From Pocillopora damicornis (taxonomy: Eukaryota): a stretch of 58,244 nt of DNA. The translations under genes and the position numbers were made by a program. Location of the stretch: contig NW_020844169.1 in assembly GCF_003704095.1 (NCBI RefSeq), positions 310,001 to 368,244 on the forward strand, in the 5' to 3' direction. Below the pieces are notes generated by a model, which saw only the letters and a program-made list of their open reading frames with translations, made no database searches and had not been told where the DNA came from. Below are positions 34,301-53,334 of this stretch, in pieces (position 1 is the first letter of the stretch; each line of letters begins with the position of its first letter).

Positions 34301-37300
34301 CCTAACTAATTTAGTGTGCAGACCAAGAGCTAATTTCTAAGAGTACTTAATCTTGTGCACCATATAAAATCAGCTGGATTCACACCTCCAAAAATTCAAT
34401 TTTGTGTGTCTGTAACATCAATTCCCCTCTTGTTTTGGCTCTCTCAATGCAACTCATCCAATAAATAATCTGATCATAGCATATAATGAAAAGCTGGAGC
34501 AAAAATATCAGACATTTTTTGAAAATGGGGATCAATAATATTACAAATAGAATAAGAAAGAGGGTAAGTTTTGAGCTTGGTAAGGAAAAGGAAAAATATA
34601 TTCATGGTCTTGTCATAAGCATTAGACAAAGAAAGAATTCTAAGTCCCCATAAGGAATTGAACCTCACACCTTCAGATTCCGTGCTCCAATGCCCTACCA
34701 TTGAGCCACAGAGACTCTATGGTAAGCAAGGCCCAACATGAACTTCATATGTGACACGTATTCTGCAAACTGCTGGGATCAGCAATGTCCTTAGCATTAT
34801 GTTTATAAATAGAATATGAAAGATGGTAACTTTTGAACCTCACACCTTCAGATTCCGTGCTCCGATGCTCTACCACTGAGCCACAGAGACTCTACGGTAA
34901 ACAAGGCCCAACATGAAGTTCATATGTGACACACACTTTTGAACCACAGACCTTCATGGGGACTCCAAAGTTTTTCTTTATCTCATGCTCATGACAAAAC
35001 AAAAAACATTTTTATTTATCTATATCTATATCCTCTTGGGTAGTGTACACCGGAGGGTTATTTTTAATCTCTTCTATACCCTCTTAGGTAGTGTATACCT
35101 GAGGGTTATTTTTAATCTCTTGCATACCCTCTTGGGTAGTGTATACCTATATCTAATCAACACAGCTTCTGGACTTTAAAAGTTAAAGACCATGACCTGT
35201 ATAAAGAAGCAATTTCTTTTTCTTTCCCAATAAAAAAGTGTTAACTGATCCACTAGATCTGGCATTCTTTAACATCATTTTTTAAAAAGTTATTCATAAA
35301 ATTTAGGTCAGTTAGCCAATCCATGAAGGTGACAGAAACATTTGAAATAGTTGTCAAAATTTAGTGGCCACTCCATAAATACATACAAAGCAAACCAGTA
35401 CGACCAAATTTAAACAAAAAAATTAACTGCTTGATTTTAAAGTAAACCTATGAAGCTTACTGCTAAGTTTGGAGATATTCCTGTAGAGTCCTAGCCAAAC
35501 AAAGAAAAATTTGATAACAAAAGTAACCTCAAAAAACAACAAAAAAAAACAACAAAAAAAAAAATTACCATGTAAAATGAGGATGCATGAAATACTACAT
35601 TTGCCATTAGAGTGTTTGCTCTGCTCCACCTTAATAATGAAATTTCAACTACTATCAATAACACATCTGCTTGGAGGGTAAATAAATGCAAAAAGCTTTG
35701 GACAGCTGAGAGCTAGCATATATCTATATGTATTTGCCAAAATATACATAAAGCTTTTTAAGTCAGAGTGTTGTTTACACAACTGCAAAAAAATCATGAA
35801 GAAGCCCTTCACTATTACCAGATGAAGTTTGGTTTAGGCAAATAATTATCAAATGAATATGTTTGCCACTATAAAATCACAATCTTTTGTGAAAACTGAT
35901 TTTTTTTCAAAAATAATAATTAATAAGAGAAACTACCAAGCTTTATATTCATAGTCCTTTCTGGGAATTACCCTCTGACAGCTTAACACCTTGGAAGTGA
36001 TTAAAATGTAACTTCTCCATGTAATATCCATACATTATCCAGCAAACAGGTAATGAGAATACTCAAACTTATCAGGTAGAAGTTGTTATCTCAATCTAGC
36101 ACCAAATTCTCCTAACTAATTTATAAGGAAATGTGTGGTAGATGGAAGGGAGAATTGACAATCAGATCTTGGGAGTTAGAGTTAAGGAAGCAATCTCCCA
36201 ATGGAAAAGAAGAAAAATGCATTGAATGGTAGTGAAAGTTGGTTGAGAGAACATAGCGTCAGCATCAACAAACTTATGCTGCTTTACTGTCCACATAAAC
36301 AACAAAAAAAGATATTATAAAATATCTACTCAGAAGACACCTATACAAAAATATGTTTAGTTTACACTTACTGGTGGACAGATGTCATAAATGGCTTAAT
36401 ATATATGAAGACCTGTAACTAATATAAATAAAAAAAACCTGGAAATGGATTCAGATTTTGAAGTTATTGCTCAGCAATTATCTATTTATCAGATCTCACT
36501 GCATGATATCCAACATAAAGAAAAATGAACTCAACAGGGAACTCTTCAAGGTTTTTCTAGCTTATCGCTGAAAATAAATACTTTTAGCAACCAGAAAACG
36601 ATTGAACATGTTTGTCAAAAGAACGTATTGTTAATGTCCAGAGTAGTTCTCGACAAATGACATGCAAATCAGATCGGCTACGCTTTTTGTGGGAGAAAGA
36701 ACGGACCACTTAGTACAGCTACACAAAAATAGAACAGGTGTTTCCAAAGCAATGAATGTTATTAATTTTTTGGATACAAAACGAAATCATGTAAATTTCA
36801 TGCTTCTCATGTATAGGTCACACCTAGAGTTTAAAGCTTTGGTTTGACATTTTGTCTCAGTGGTTGTCAGAAACGTGCGGTTAATGTTAAATTTTGATAC
36901 AATAGGACGAAGAGGCCTTTAAACGTGGTTTGTTGGGGTCAATAGAATTTTGCTGAAGAAAAATTCACCACGGAGGGTGGTAACATCCGGAATAAAACGA
37001 AAAATCAGATGAACTACGACCTCATCTATACTTCACGTTGAAATGTTGACGTTTGACTGGATTTGTAAATAAATAAATATCAAATTCTTACATTAATGAA
37101 TTGACGGGAAATAAATTCATGCTCACGATATTAAATCGCCACCTCCTTAAAATTTTCCGGACGAATTTACTTTTACTACATTTGTAAAATCCAATGATCA
37201 CAGTCTACCTTGGAGAAAATACTGTCCCGCGCGTGCTTATCTCATCTGCTTGGACAAGTTAAGTTTTCAAAGCAAAATCGCATTGGATCACAATGATAAA

Positions 37301-37624
37301 CACTGCCAAACGAAATGTGAATTTTCATTCTCAGAAGTCTTGGTTAAAGACAGAACACGTCACACAAAAATAAAGCCGAGGTGTGAACCAAAATCTAACA
37401 CAACAACTATACGATCAAAGAGTGTGTAGTCCATCAACTAACCTCTCGAAGAGAAATCGTAGAGCGATCAACACCACAGCAAAGGGAAAGCATAGAAAAA
37501 GCTCGCCATTTTGGACCCACTTATGCTTTTTCGCTTCCTCTAAGCTCTCCCAAGTGGAATATTCTGGTAACCAGAAATTTCTGTCCCAAAACCACGCTCT
37601 CAGGCTCAGCAGCTGATCCGCCAT
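28382..37624 (-). CDS. CERS: Ceramide synthase with homeodomain (CERS2-6/Schlank type), 371 aa, 10 coding exons
   Basis: Exons 37443-37624, 33923-34156, 33230-33287, 32984-33034, 32503-32595, 31487-31615, 29799-29905, 29343-29430, 28854-28919, 28382-28489. Motifs: FWDRNFWLP N-terminus, homeodomain (WFKNRR), Lag1p motif RKDFWQMAIHH...LLHDLADIFLESAK, C-terminal DTRSDDE and a KKKH-stop dilysine ER-retrieval signal. Confidence 0.93.
29975..30184 (+). mobile_element. piggyBac-like MITE, subfamily B
   Basis: Homologous to 1776-1986; ends in GAAGGGTTAA. Confidence 0.75.
30215..30525 (+). repeat. Dispersed repeat containing a tRNA-like module
   Basis: A-box-like TAGTCCAGTGG (~30412) and B-box-like GGTTCTAGTCC (~30455). 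Confidence 0.45.
30835..30946. repeat. Fold-back palindromic repeat
   Basis: TGTGATATCCAGAAAAATCAAGG...GGGTTATCAGC / GCTGATAACCC...CCTTGATTATTCTGGATATCACA. Confidence 0.6.
31153..31364 (-). mobile_element. piggyBac-like MITE, subfamily A
   Basis: Reverse complement of the 15738-15950 family; CCCTTTACACCCTAAC...GGCAAAGGGTTA. Confidence 0.75.
33578..33695 (-). repeat. Decayed SINE-like fragment (related copy at ~43443-43530)
   Basis: GGGTGGAAAGAGACACTGTGTGAATTAAGTATC...ACACAAT shared with GGGTAGAGAGAGGCATGGTGAGAG...ACACAAT at 43.45 kb. Confidence 0.35.
34545..35020 (-). repeat. tRNA-derived repeat, two tandem heads plus an inverted fragment
   Basis: Minus strand reads TGTGGCTCAGTGGTAGAGCATCGGAGCACGGAATCTGAAGGTGTGAGGTTC (A box, anticodon-like stem, B box) at ~34650-34712 and ~34835-34890; an opposite-orientation tail begins ATGGGGACTCC at ~34956. 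Confidence 0.65.
35028..35150. repeat. ~47-bp tandem repeat x2.5
   Basis: CCTCTT(G/A)GGTAGTGTA(C/T)ACC(G/T)GAGGGTTATTTTTAATCTCTT repeated. Confidence 0.8.
35983..36185 (-). mobile_element. piggyBac-like MITE, subfamily B
   Basis: TTAA...CAGATCTTGGGAGTTAGAGTTAA; reverse complement of the 1776 family. Confidence 0.7.
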
Positions 37625-37786
37625 GACCAAGGAATCCCTATGATATGACACACTTGTTTCCCACAAAACCCTTCACGCCTTCTTGAGACAGTTCATTTAT
37701 TTTACATAGCCATCGTGTTTAAGTTCATAGGACGCCATGTTGGTTGTCAGGGAAAAATTGTGATTGCGAAAAATCTAGAATAGGAA
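37625..37786. promoter_or_regulatory. Compact bidirectional promoter CERS/BBS5
   Basis: Only 162 bp between divergent ATGs; YY1-like CGCCATGTT at ~37733-37741. Confidence 0.65.
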
Positions 37787-45406
<7,620 letters not shown>

Positions 45407-46536
45407 GTTTCATTCTCTTCATCCAATGAGTGGCTACAGAATTGACTTTGCCTTGGCTGTGTAAATATCTGTATTCAAATTAATCCAGTAAATTGAACAA
45501 AACCAATTTGTCAAAGGCCAGTCAAAAGGCTGGAACAAGTTCCTGTTCTTTAAATATTGTGTTAGTGTCTCCTAAGGTACAAACATGTTTCCTGTGACAT
45601 TTTTTATTATTTTCTTGTAAATAGCTTGCTAGCCAATGAAAACTGTTATGAGATGAGCATGTGCATATATCAAGTGGGATATTTCATAGTAATTGTAGGG
45701 TTAACAATCAACAGCTTTGACATGAAATTGTGGAAGTATTAATAGTGCGATGAAGTGATGCTGTGTCAAGCCTTAATTTATTTAAACTTAAAATAATAGA
45801 GACAATGGTTACATAGAGTACCAAGTTATCTGAAATAAAATTGCTGAAAAGTGAGCTATCACGAGCTGAATGGTGTTGGGGAATTATTAAGGTAGAGGGG
45901 TACTTACTGGTAACAGAGTTTGGATTTACTGGAGTGCCAATGTCTAAGAAAAAGTGATCTTGTTAGGAAGAACTTTAAATTCCTCCCAGGATTGATCTTC
46001 AATTCCTCAGTAATTACCTGATTCTTAATCAGGCAATATTCCACAAGACTGAGATTGATAGGAAATTTTGTCTCTAAAAATATGTGAATATATCTGTCCA
46101 CATTTTTGTTTCGCTTTGGGTTTTTTCTCTCATCTAACGGATCTATGCAAGTTATTGTATGTTGTTTACAGATAATGAATGTCAAGACTAGTACACCCAC
46201 ATGTGAACAGTATTAAGCATTGAATAATATTTGCCAATGGTGATTTTCAATCCCCAATAGTCCCATTGAAAAGTATATAGTCTCATTATCCAAAGTCACT
46301 TATATAATCGATAACCCAGTTATTTTTGCCTTGAAAACAGGATAAGATCATAACTGCTCATACCACCTTGCAAGTTTCCTACCAAATAACGAAAATAGAC
46401 TTCTGTTATAAAAGTCAAAAAAGGTTAGAGCAACTGAAAAGTTGATCTGCATGCTGCACAGAATTCTGGGAGTAGAAGGCATGGTGGACTTTGTCGAAAA
46501 AGGAAGGACTGCTCACAGTCTACTGACTGGGTGGGT

Positions 46537-46737
46537 TTAACCCATTAACTCCCACATCAAATTCTCCTTAATGTCAACAATACAACACTTATGTTAGTTT
46601 AGAGAATTTATTATTAGATCAACTAATTATCCCTAAATTGATATTTTTCTTTAATTTCATCACTTATCTGGTTGGTATAGTATTGATATTGTAAGGAGAA
46701 ATTCTGTCTTGGTCACTCATGGGAGTTCAATGGTTAA
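46537..46737 (+). mobile_element. piggyBac-like MITE, subfamily C
   Basis: TTAACCCATTAACTCCCA...TGGGAGTTCAATGGTTAA. Confidence 0.75.
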
Positions 46738-48666
46738 TACTGTTCTTTGATTTCAATTGGGAGAATGCTGTGCTTGGTGCTAGGTGACCCATTTCAGGCT
46801 TTTGTTTCTAGCAGTTTTTTCCTTGTGTCTAATGAGCAGTCACCAACTAAAGTTGTTCTAGAAAAGGAAAAATGCTAGTCCAAAACACTGAGCAAGTCAC
46901 AAACTAGACAACGTATCATGTTGACCACAACTTTTATTACAATTATGTTGATACAGGGTATATAATAAATATAATAACATTTCTTTATTAAAAAATCATG
47001 CAATTAGCAGTTACAGGTTATTTGTCAAATAATTAATCCATTACAATCACATCCCTTGATTTTGGTTATATGTTGTCTTGTCTACAGTAACTGGAAAAGT
47101 AAGAAAATGACTTGTATTTCCCTTGTCTTTATCGTAATCTAATAGCACTTTAAATCTACCAAAAATTGTAATTCTTGGCTAACAGAAGTCCAGGTTTTGT
47201 ATTTTCCGAAAACTTATGATAATTTCACCTAAGTAAACCATTATTTATTAAATAGGACAACTAACTCTGTGGTCCAAGGTGTGATATGATTAAATTGAAA
47301 ACTTATCTGAAATTAGTTTATCACTCTCCGCAATAGCAGTTTTTGATCAAGGTTAAATCACAACAAAATAAATGTTCATACTACAATCATATGCTTCACA
47401 GAATCACTCACAAGCATTCTCACAGTCATGTATAGGTTATGTTACTTCTTACAGCATCCTGACAACCATAACTTGTTACAATAAAAATCATTTTTCCTTT
47501 TGGTTACTGTTAGTTCACAGTAATCTCTACATGATTTGATCCAACTAGCAGAAATGCATTTTCATTCTCAACAGCCTTTTTTACAGACCAGCTGCAGTTA
47601 GTTAATGGCCAGCATTCACTACAACTTCAAGGAGCTGTTCTGCTATATTCCAAATTTAACCAGTGGACAAATCAGATATTCTTGCAGCACTGTTAATGTT
47701 CATAGTTACTATAAGTAAGAACCACTTGCTTTTCAATTGAGTCTTGCAAAACCAGCAAGAAACTAACAATTAAAGTTATCACAGCAGTTAATTTGAATAA
47801 AGAACTCAAAATGTGAAGCTGACAAGACAGCCTAAAAGCAGAAAGCACATTGGTATGACCAGGTAGCTAACGGCTCGAGTTTTGTACCAGATTGGTGGAA
47901 AGGATGGCACAATTTTTTGGACCAATCACTGAGCAGAGAAAAGCAAAAGCAATGCAGTGTAATCCTGCAATACGTTTGACACTAAAATGAACATTGCTTT
48001 TTGAGTTAGAACCTTGCAAGCATATGTGTATATGTATCTTTCAGTTTTTTTCCTAAAACAACAATATGATGAACTGAATCATGCTTTAAGCTTACCATTT
48101 AAGTGATTTGATCTAAATTAAGCTCCACAATTCATTTCACATAAGTACTTGTGGATTCTGCTACAGCTAAAAGCATGCTAACAACAACACGAAAGAAGGA
48201 CACTTGTCAACATCTCTAGGATTTTTAGTTCTTGTTTTTTTGTTGACATATCCTAATATAGTATCATTTCTTTACAATTGTACAATGGTTTTCCAAGACG
48301 TACCCACAACGACAATGTTTCCATCATAAATTTGTTAGTTATCTGCTACATATTAGATTTATAATAGTTGTAACCTTTGTGTACTTGAAATTGATTAAAG
48401 GAAGGAGCACACTTCTCAGCTACTTGATATCTTAAATTTACTTTGATCTCATTTCAAATAATTTTAGCTGCAAGAATATACAGCACTTAAATAAGTAATC
48501 ATCTAGAGAAGATACATTGTCTCTTCCTGTCAAAAAAGAATATTCTCTAAAATCATTTCCCTGGCAAACGAATTAGCACATGAAGAGAGGTTTAAGTTTC
48601 TTTTCCTTGTGAGCAGTTTTTCTATCATCCAGTGAATTCCTCATTACCAAGATGTTCTTCATGTTA

Positions 48667-48920
48667 TCAATACTTGTTCAGGCCAAACAACCTCACTTTA
48701 TACATCTGAGGAAACTTGGGAACCAGAGAGAGAAGAAGAAGGGATAGTGAGTTGAAGACAAAATGAATTCCGTCATACTTTGTGTAGAAGCTTGTCACCA
48801 TAAATCTGAAACCAAGTTTAAGAAAAAAAGCAATTAATAAACCTATAATGATAACTTTTTACATGGTAGCCCCATCCTTTTTTCACAGACTGCTATAATA
48901 AGTAATTGTTGGATAAGGTT

Positions 48921-48962
<42 letters not shown>

Positions 48963-51900
48963 GTATCTCTTTATTGCGCCGTACTCTCCAAAGGGAGATG
49001 TTAGTCTACTTACAATAAAGTTCAATAATACAATATGAATAACATAAAACGATAACTTTACCATATCCGAATACAATACGTTGATTGAAAAGCTATTACT
49101 GCTAAATTACATACACACACACACATAAGGTTGAGTATGATATTGTGAATTATGAATTATGGTCAACTCGCCGATGGTCCAACTTGCCGACGCCAACTCG
49201 CTGACGTATAAAATCGAGTAGAGACGTCGGCGAGTTGGTCCTCAATCCAATACAACTTATTAGGAGTTAAACATACAGAAAAGTAAACAATATTTAGTAA
49301 ACAAAACACTGGTGAACATTGGTGAACATCAAACAGAAACTTAAAGTTGGTGAACATTGGTGAACATCACCAATGACTATAACAGCTTAAGACACGAATG
49401 AGTTATTGTGCGACAACAACACCGTAAAGACTCATTATGTCAATTGCTCAGATTTTTTAATGAAAACTCGGCTTTCTAGACAAGATCTTTAGTAAAAAGC
49501 AATTCTTTTTATTTGCAACAAAACCGTGAATTATCACCACCAAGGTCTGAGTTATTTGCTGAAGCTTAAGACCAAGGCACACTACACAGGCATGTGGTTT
49601 GATAATTCATGATATCAGACAAAAGCCAAAATCAATCCAAAAGAACAAATCTGCTCTGAGGGAAAACTACACAAACAAGAGGCTCGCAAAACAGGCAGAC
49701 TTTGATCTTGACATGATAAATGCAATATCCGCTGCAGATCTTGCATTAATTCCATCATGTCAACCTTGCATGCTATTGTGTATTAATAGGTCTTGACTAA
49801 TTAACCTCTGGGAGAGACTAACATCTAATTTCTATATATGTTATCACTACTGAATCAAACATTAAGGTTACCAGAATAAAGGAAGTGACCACCCACTCAA
49901 GAAGCTCTTGATTGTTAAAAAACCTCTCCTTGTCAGTAACAAAGGAAATTTGTAAAGAACAGTATGGAAAATATTCCCATATTCTCCATCCCTTCCCCCT
50001 CCCCCCACAAGAATTAAATGGAAAGTCCTCCTTAAAAACTTTGAGACTTTCTGTGAAATTATCAACCTTGAACAGACTCACAAGAAGATTGGCACCAAAG
50101 TAAAGAACTTTCTTGTTTCTGTGAATTGTTCACCATTGTTAAGTTGCTCCCAGTGTGTCAGCCTTCGGGCTTTTCCTTGATCAGCTGTTTGAAATGGTGT
50201 TCCCTTCAGGTAATGTAAGAAGATGAACATACTCTGAAACAAGAACAGAGTATTCCACAGTGTTATATCTTGTGCTGTACTGAAGCAATGTTCAATGTAG
50301 TGTACACTAAACTATAGTGCAGAGTGCAAGGTTGCATTGCCAGACTTTAGACAAGAGAGCTCAAAGATCTTTAGACTTTCTCGTTCTTGTCTTTTTATTT
50401 AGTCCAATCTCAATTGGTTGACACTCCACATAACATTTCCCTAATTGGGCTCCATCCACACCCATACACAAATACTATCCCTAGATACAATCTACATGGC
50501 TCACAACTAAATCTGTTCGTTTTAAGACCCAACACTGAAGCCCTTAAATAGAGCTTGCAATACAGGGGTGCTCTTACTTGGAACAATCACTCAAACGAGG
50601 CTGAGCAGGCCACTAGTTCAAACATTTTTTATGCAAGAATTACAATATATATTGAATAGAATTTAATCTAAAATATTTTAATGTAAATTTAATGAACTCT
50701 TTTAAGTAATGAAAGTTACAGTGCTATTTTGAGTTGTTTATAGTCCAACGGCTTTATTTTACATGAATTTCTAAGAAGTCAGGAAGAGCCAAGCATATAG
50801 AGAAGCATAGCACTCACAGCCAACCTGTTAAACAGGTATTTTAACCCTTTAACTCCCAAGATCTGACTGTTAATTCTCTCTGCTTGCTGCTATACAATTC
50901 CTTCTAAATTGGTTGTAAGAATTTGATGTAAGATCAAGATTTAAAACTTCTTCTTGATAAGTTTTAGTATTCTCATTAACTGTTTGCTAGAAAATGTGTA
51001 GATATCATAGGAAAAAAGTTACATGTTAGTCACTTCTGGGAGTTAAAGGGTTAAAGTACAAAAAAACCAACTGTTCAATATCACAGGATATTTGTATCGA
51101 CCTGCACATCACTTGTACTTTACTTAGTACAGTGGGATATTAAATAAATGTAAAGTAACTGGGAGTGAAAGGGTTTAGATTACATTGCCTACTTTTACAA
51201 TGTTTTTAAGGGTTTAAACTTTTATTCTGTGTGCCTGAAAATGCCTGGTCCACAATCCATTTTATTCAGATTCAGTTGATTGTTCCACAATAGTATATGA
51301 TTAATTCAAGTAACAATTTACTATTCATGGACAGTAAATGAAACCTGTATTGATTCAACAACCCTAATTAAGAGGAGATGAAACTCCTGAAGTTGACAGC
51401 TTAAAGATGAGGTCACTCCAGATTAAAACAAATTTGTCTCCATGAACATGAATTTGAGCCAAGGATTATTGTAACACATAGCAAGGTTTCCTTTTAGACG
51501 CTATGAAGCATTACCACATCATTGAATAAAAGATAACTGAAAAGTTAATGGGTACCAATGACAGATTTTAAAAATCATGAAAACTTTTATAACTACAAGC
51601 TCAAAAATTCATTAACAAACTAAGCAATTAATCCCACAAGACATCCACAATTTTTCTTCTTAGATATTTCTGCATGATCAATTAAAAAAAATTTAGAAAA
51701 AGCCATACATTGATTATCAATGGCTTCTCTGAATTTACTTGTGGAAGAAAATATTCTTGCTAACCCTCTCAGAAAAAACAAGATCACTTATTGCAACAAT
51801 GCTATTATTACTTATTAATAACAATGGCTAAATGAAACCACTGCATGAAAAATAACAAATCTGATGTTTGTGTAGCAAATTTAGAACATAACTTACAGTT

Positions 51901-52702
51901 CACAAAACTAAATTGCTATAACACAAAGAAATTTTACTATCTGAAAATTACCCGACGAGCAAAGGCTATAATTACCTTAAACCTGGAGTGATGTGTTTAA
52001 TTGTAAAGCCATATCAAATTAATTCAAGATAAAGTTTATCTTTGATAGCATCAAGCCCTATACATGGAAATAGTGTTTCCACATGGAAATAAAAAATAAA
52101 AAAAAGCTACATTTATACTTCCTTATGATCATTTTCTCCAAATCGCAATATAACCGTGTTTATTTCAAACTAAAATCCTAAATATTCAAAAGGTATTTAA
52201 CAAGCTCAAAATGTCGAAACCCAGTATATGATTTTCTGTCTGCTTTTAAGAGTTCTCTGGACCTCATTGATAGAGGATACGATTGGTCCCATTAGTTGAA
52301 GTTCGATGTACACATTAAACTCGTATGTTTCCTTGTTGCTGTATTTTCGTGACAACTAATTCTCCGTATCATCTTTCGTCACATCAAATCCGTATTACAC
52401 TTCTTTAAAAAAAACCCAGAAGGTTTTATAATGTTACCTTTTTCCGTCAAATTCACTTATAACATTAAATAATAAATTTCAGCGCGAGATGCTTCAGAAA
52501 GAGAAAAGAATCAAAACGTTCAACTCACCAAATTGTGGAAGGTATTTGTCAATGTCCATGCCGTTGGCGTATCAAAGAAGGGAACACTGAGGATAACCAA
52601 ATGGCCAATCGTGATTAACAACACGTATGTGAACCATGTACCTTTGCTTTCAAGCCACGACTCATTCGGATTATTGATACTGAGGCCTCTCTCAGTCTTC
52701 AT
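48667..52702 (-). CDS. ORMDL: ORM1-like protein (regulator of serine palmitoyltransferase), 154 aa, 3 coding exons
   Basis: Exons 52529-52702, 50082-50233, 48667-48805. Motifs [73 protein letters not shown]-stop. Confidence 0.96.
48925..49124 (-). mobile_element. Young 5'-truncated poly(A) retro-insertion with 12-bp TSD
   Basis: ATAAGGTTGAGT at 48913-48924 and 49125-49136; pure T35 run (48924-48958); minus-strand AATAAA at 48970-48975. Confidence 0.85.
49801..49985 (+). mobile_element. piggyBac-like MITE subfamily A, right end eroded
   Basis: TTAACC start and the subfamily A internal sequence. Confidence 0.65.
50841..51054 (+). mobile_element. piggyBac-like MITE, subfamily B
   Basis: Perfect TTAA-CCCTTTAACTCCCA...TGGGAGTTAAAGGG-TTAA ends. 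Confidence 0.85.
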
Positions 52703-53334
52703 TTTACGGTCGTTAATCCCACAGATATCGAAATCTGTTCACTTGAGGAAATTTCCTCCACGCAGCAAAGAGTAAACTCGAATCATGACGCTTTAATACG
52801 CATGTCATAGAAGGCGTAAAGTTAACCGCTGAACAACATAATATCTGACCCGACGGGCTCTCAAGTCTAGCCCTGCCGCCCGGGGAGGTGTCCATAAATA
52901 AAGTATGAAAAAGGAAGGGGGCTAAGTAAGGCTGGGGTGGGGAGAGGGGTTAAGTCGGGGTGGGGGAAGAGGCTACTCAAGTATTCATGTAACCCCTTCA
53001 TGAGAGAGATATTATTTTTCCTATTTATATAATTTTCATTTTTTTCTGCTGCCACATCCTCTTCTAGCCGCGTGAATTCGAACCCGCGGATACACACAGC
53101 AGAGCGGCGTTTTGTTTTGTTTTGTTTTTTTTTTTTAGTTTGGTTGATTTTTGTTGACGTTTATCTGGTTCATAGACATCAAAAATGTTCAGAGGTAGAC
53201 GACAAATCGAGTCTTTCAACTTTTGACTAAGTTACCTTTAGAGAAAGCGATCATTTTTTGTGGTAGTTCATTGGTTGGTTTATAAAAAAGGCTGACTGCG
53301 TCATTGACTACAGGGGTAAAATTTCCCTGGTCAT

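Noticed and set aside
52714-52719. TAATCC (K50 homeodomain site) near the ORMDL ATG and at 18382-18387, suggesting CerS feedback
   Set aside because: A hexamer this common in AT-rich DNA is expected by chance; no support without binding data.
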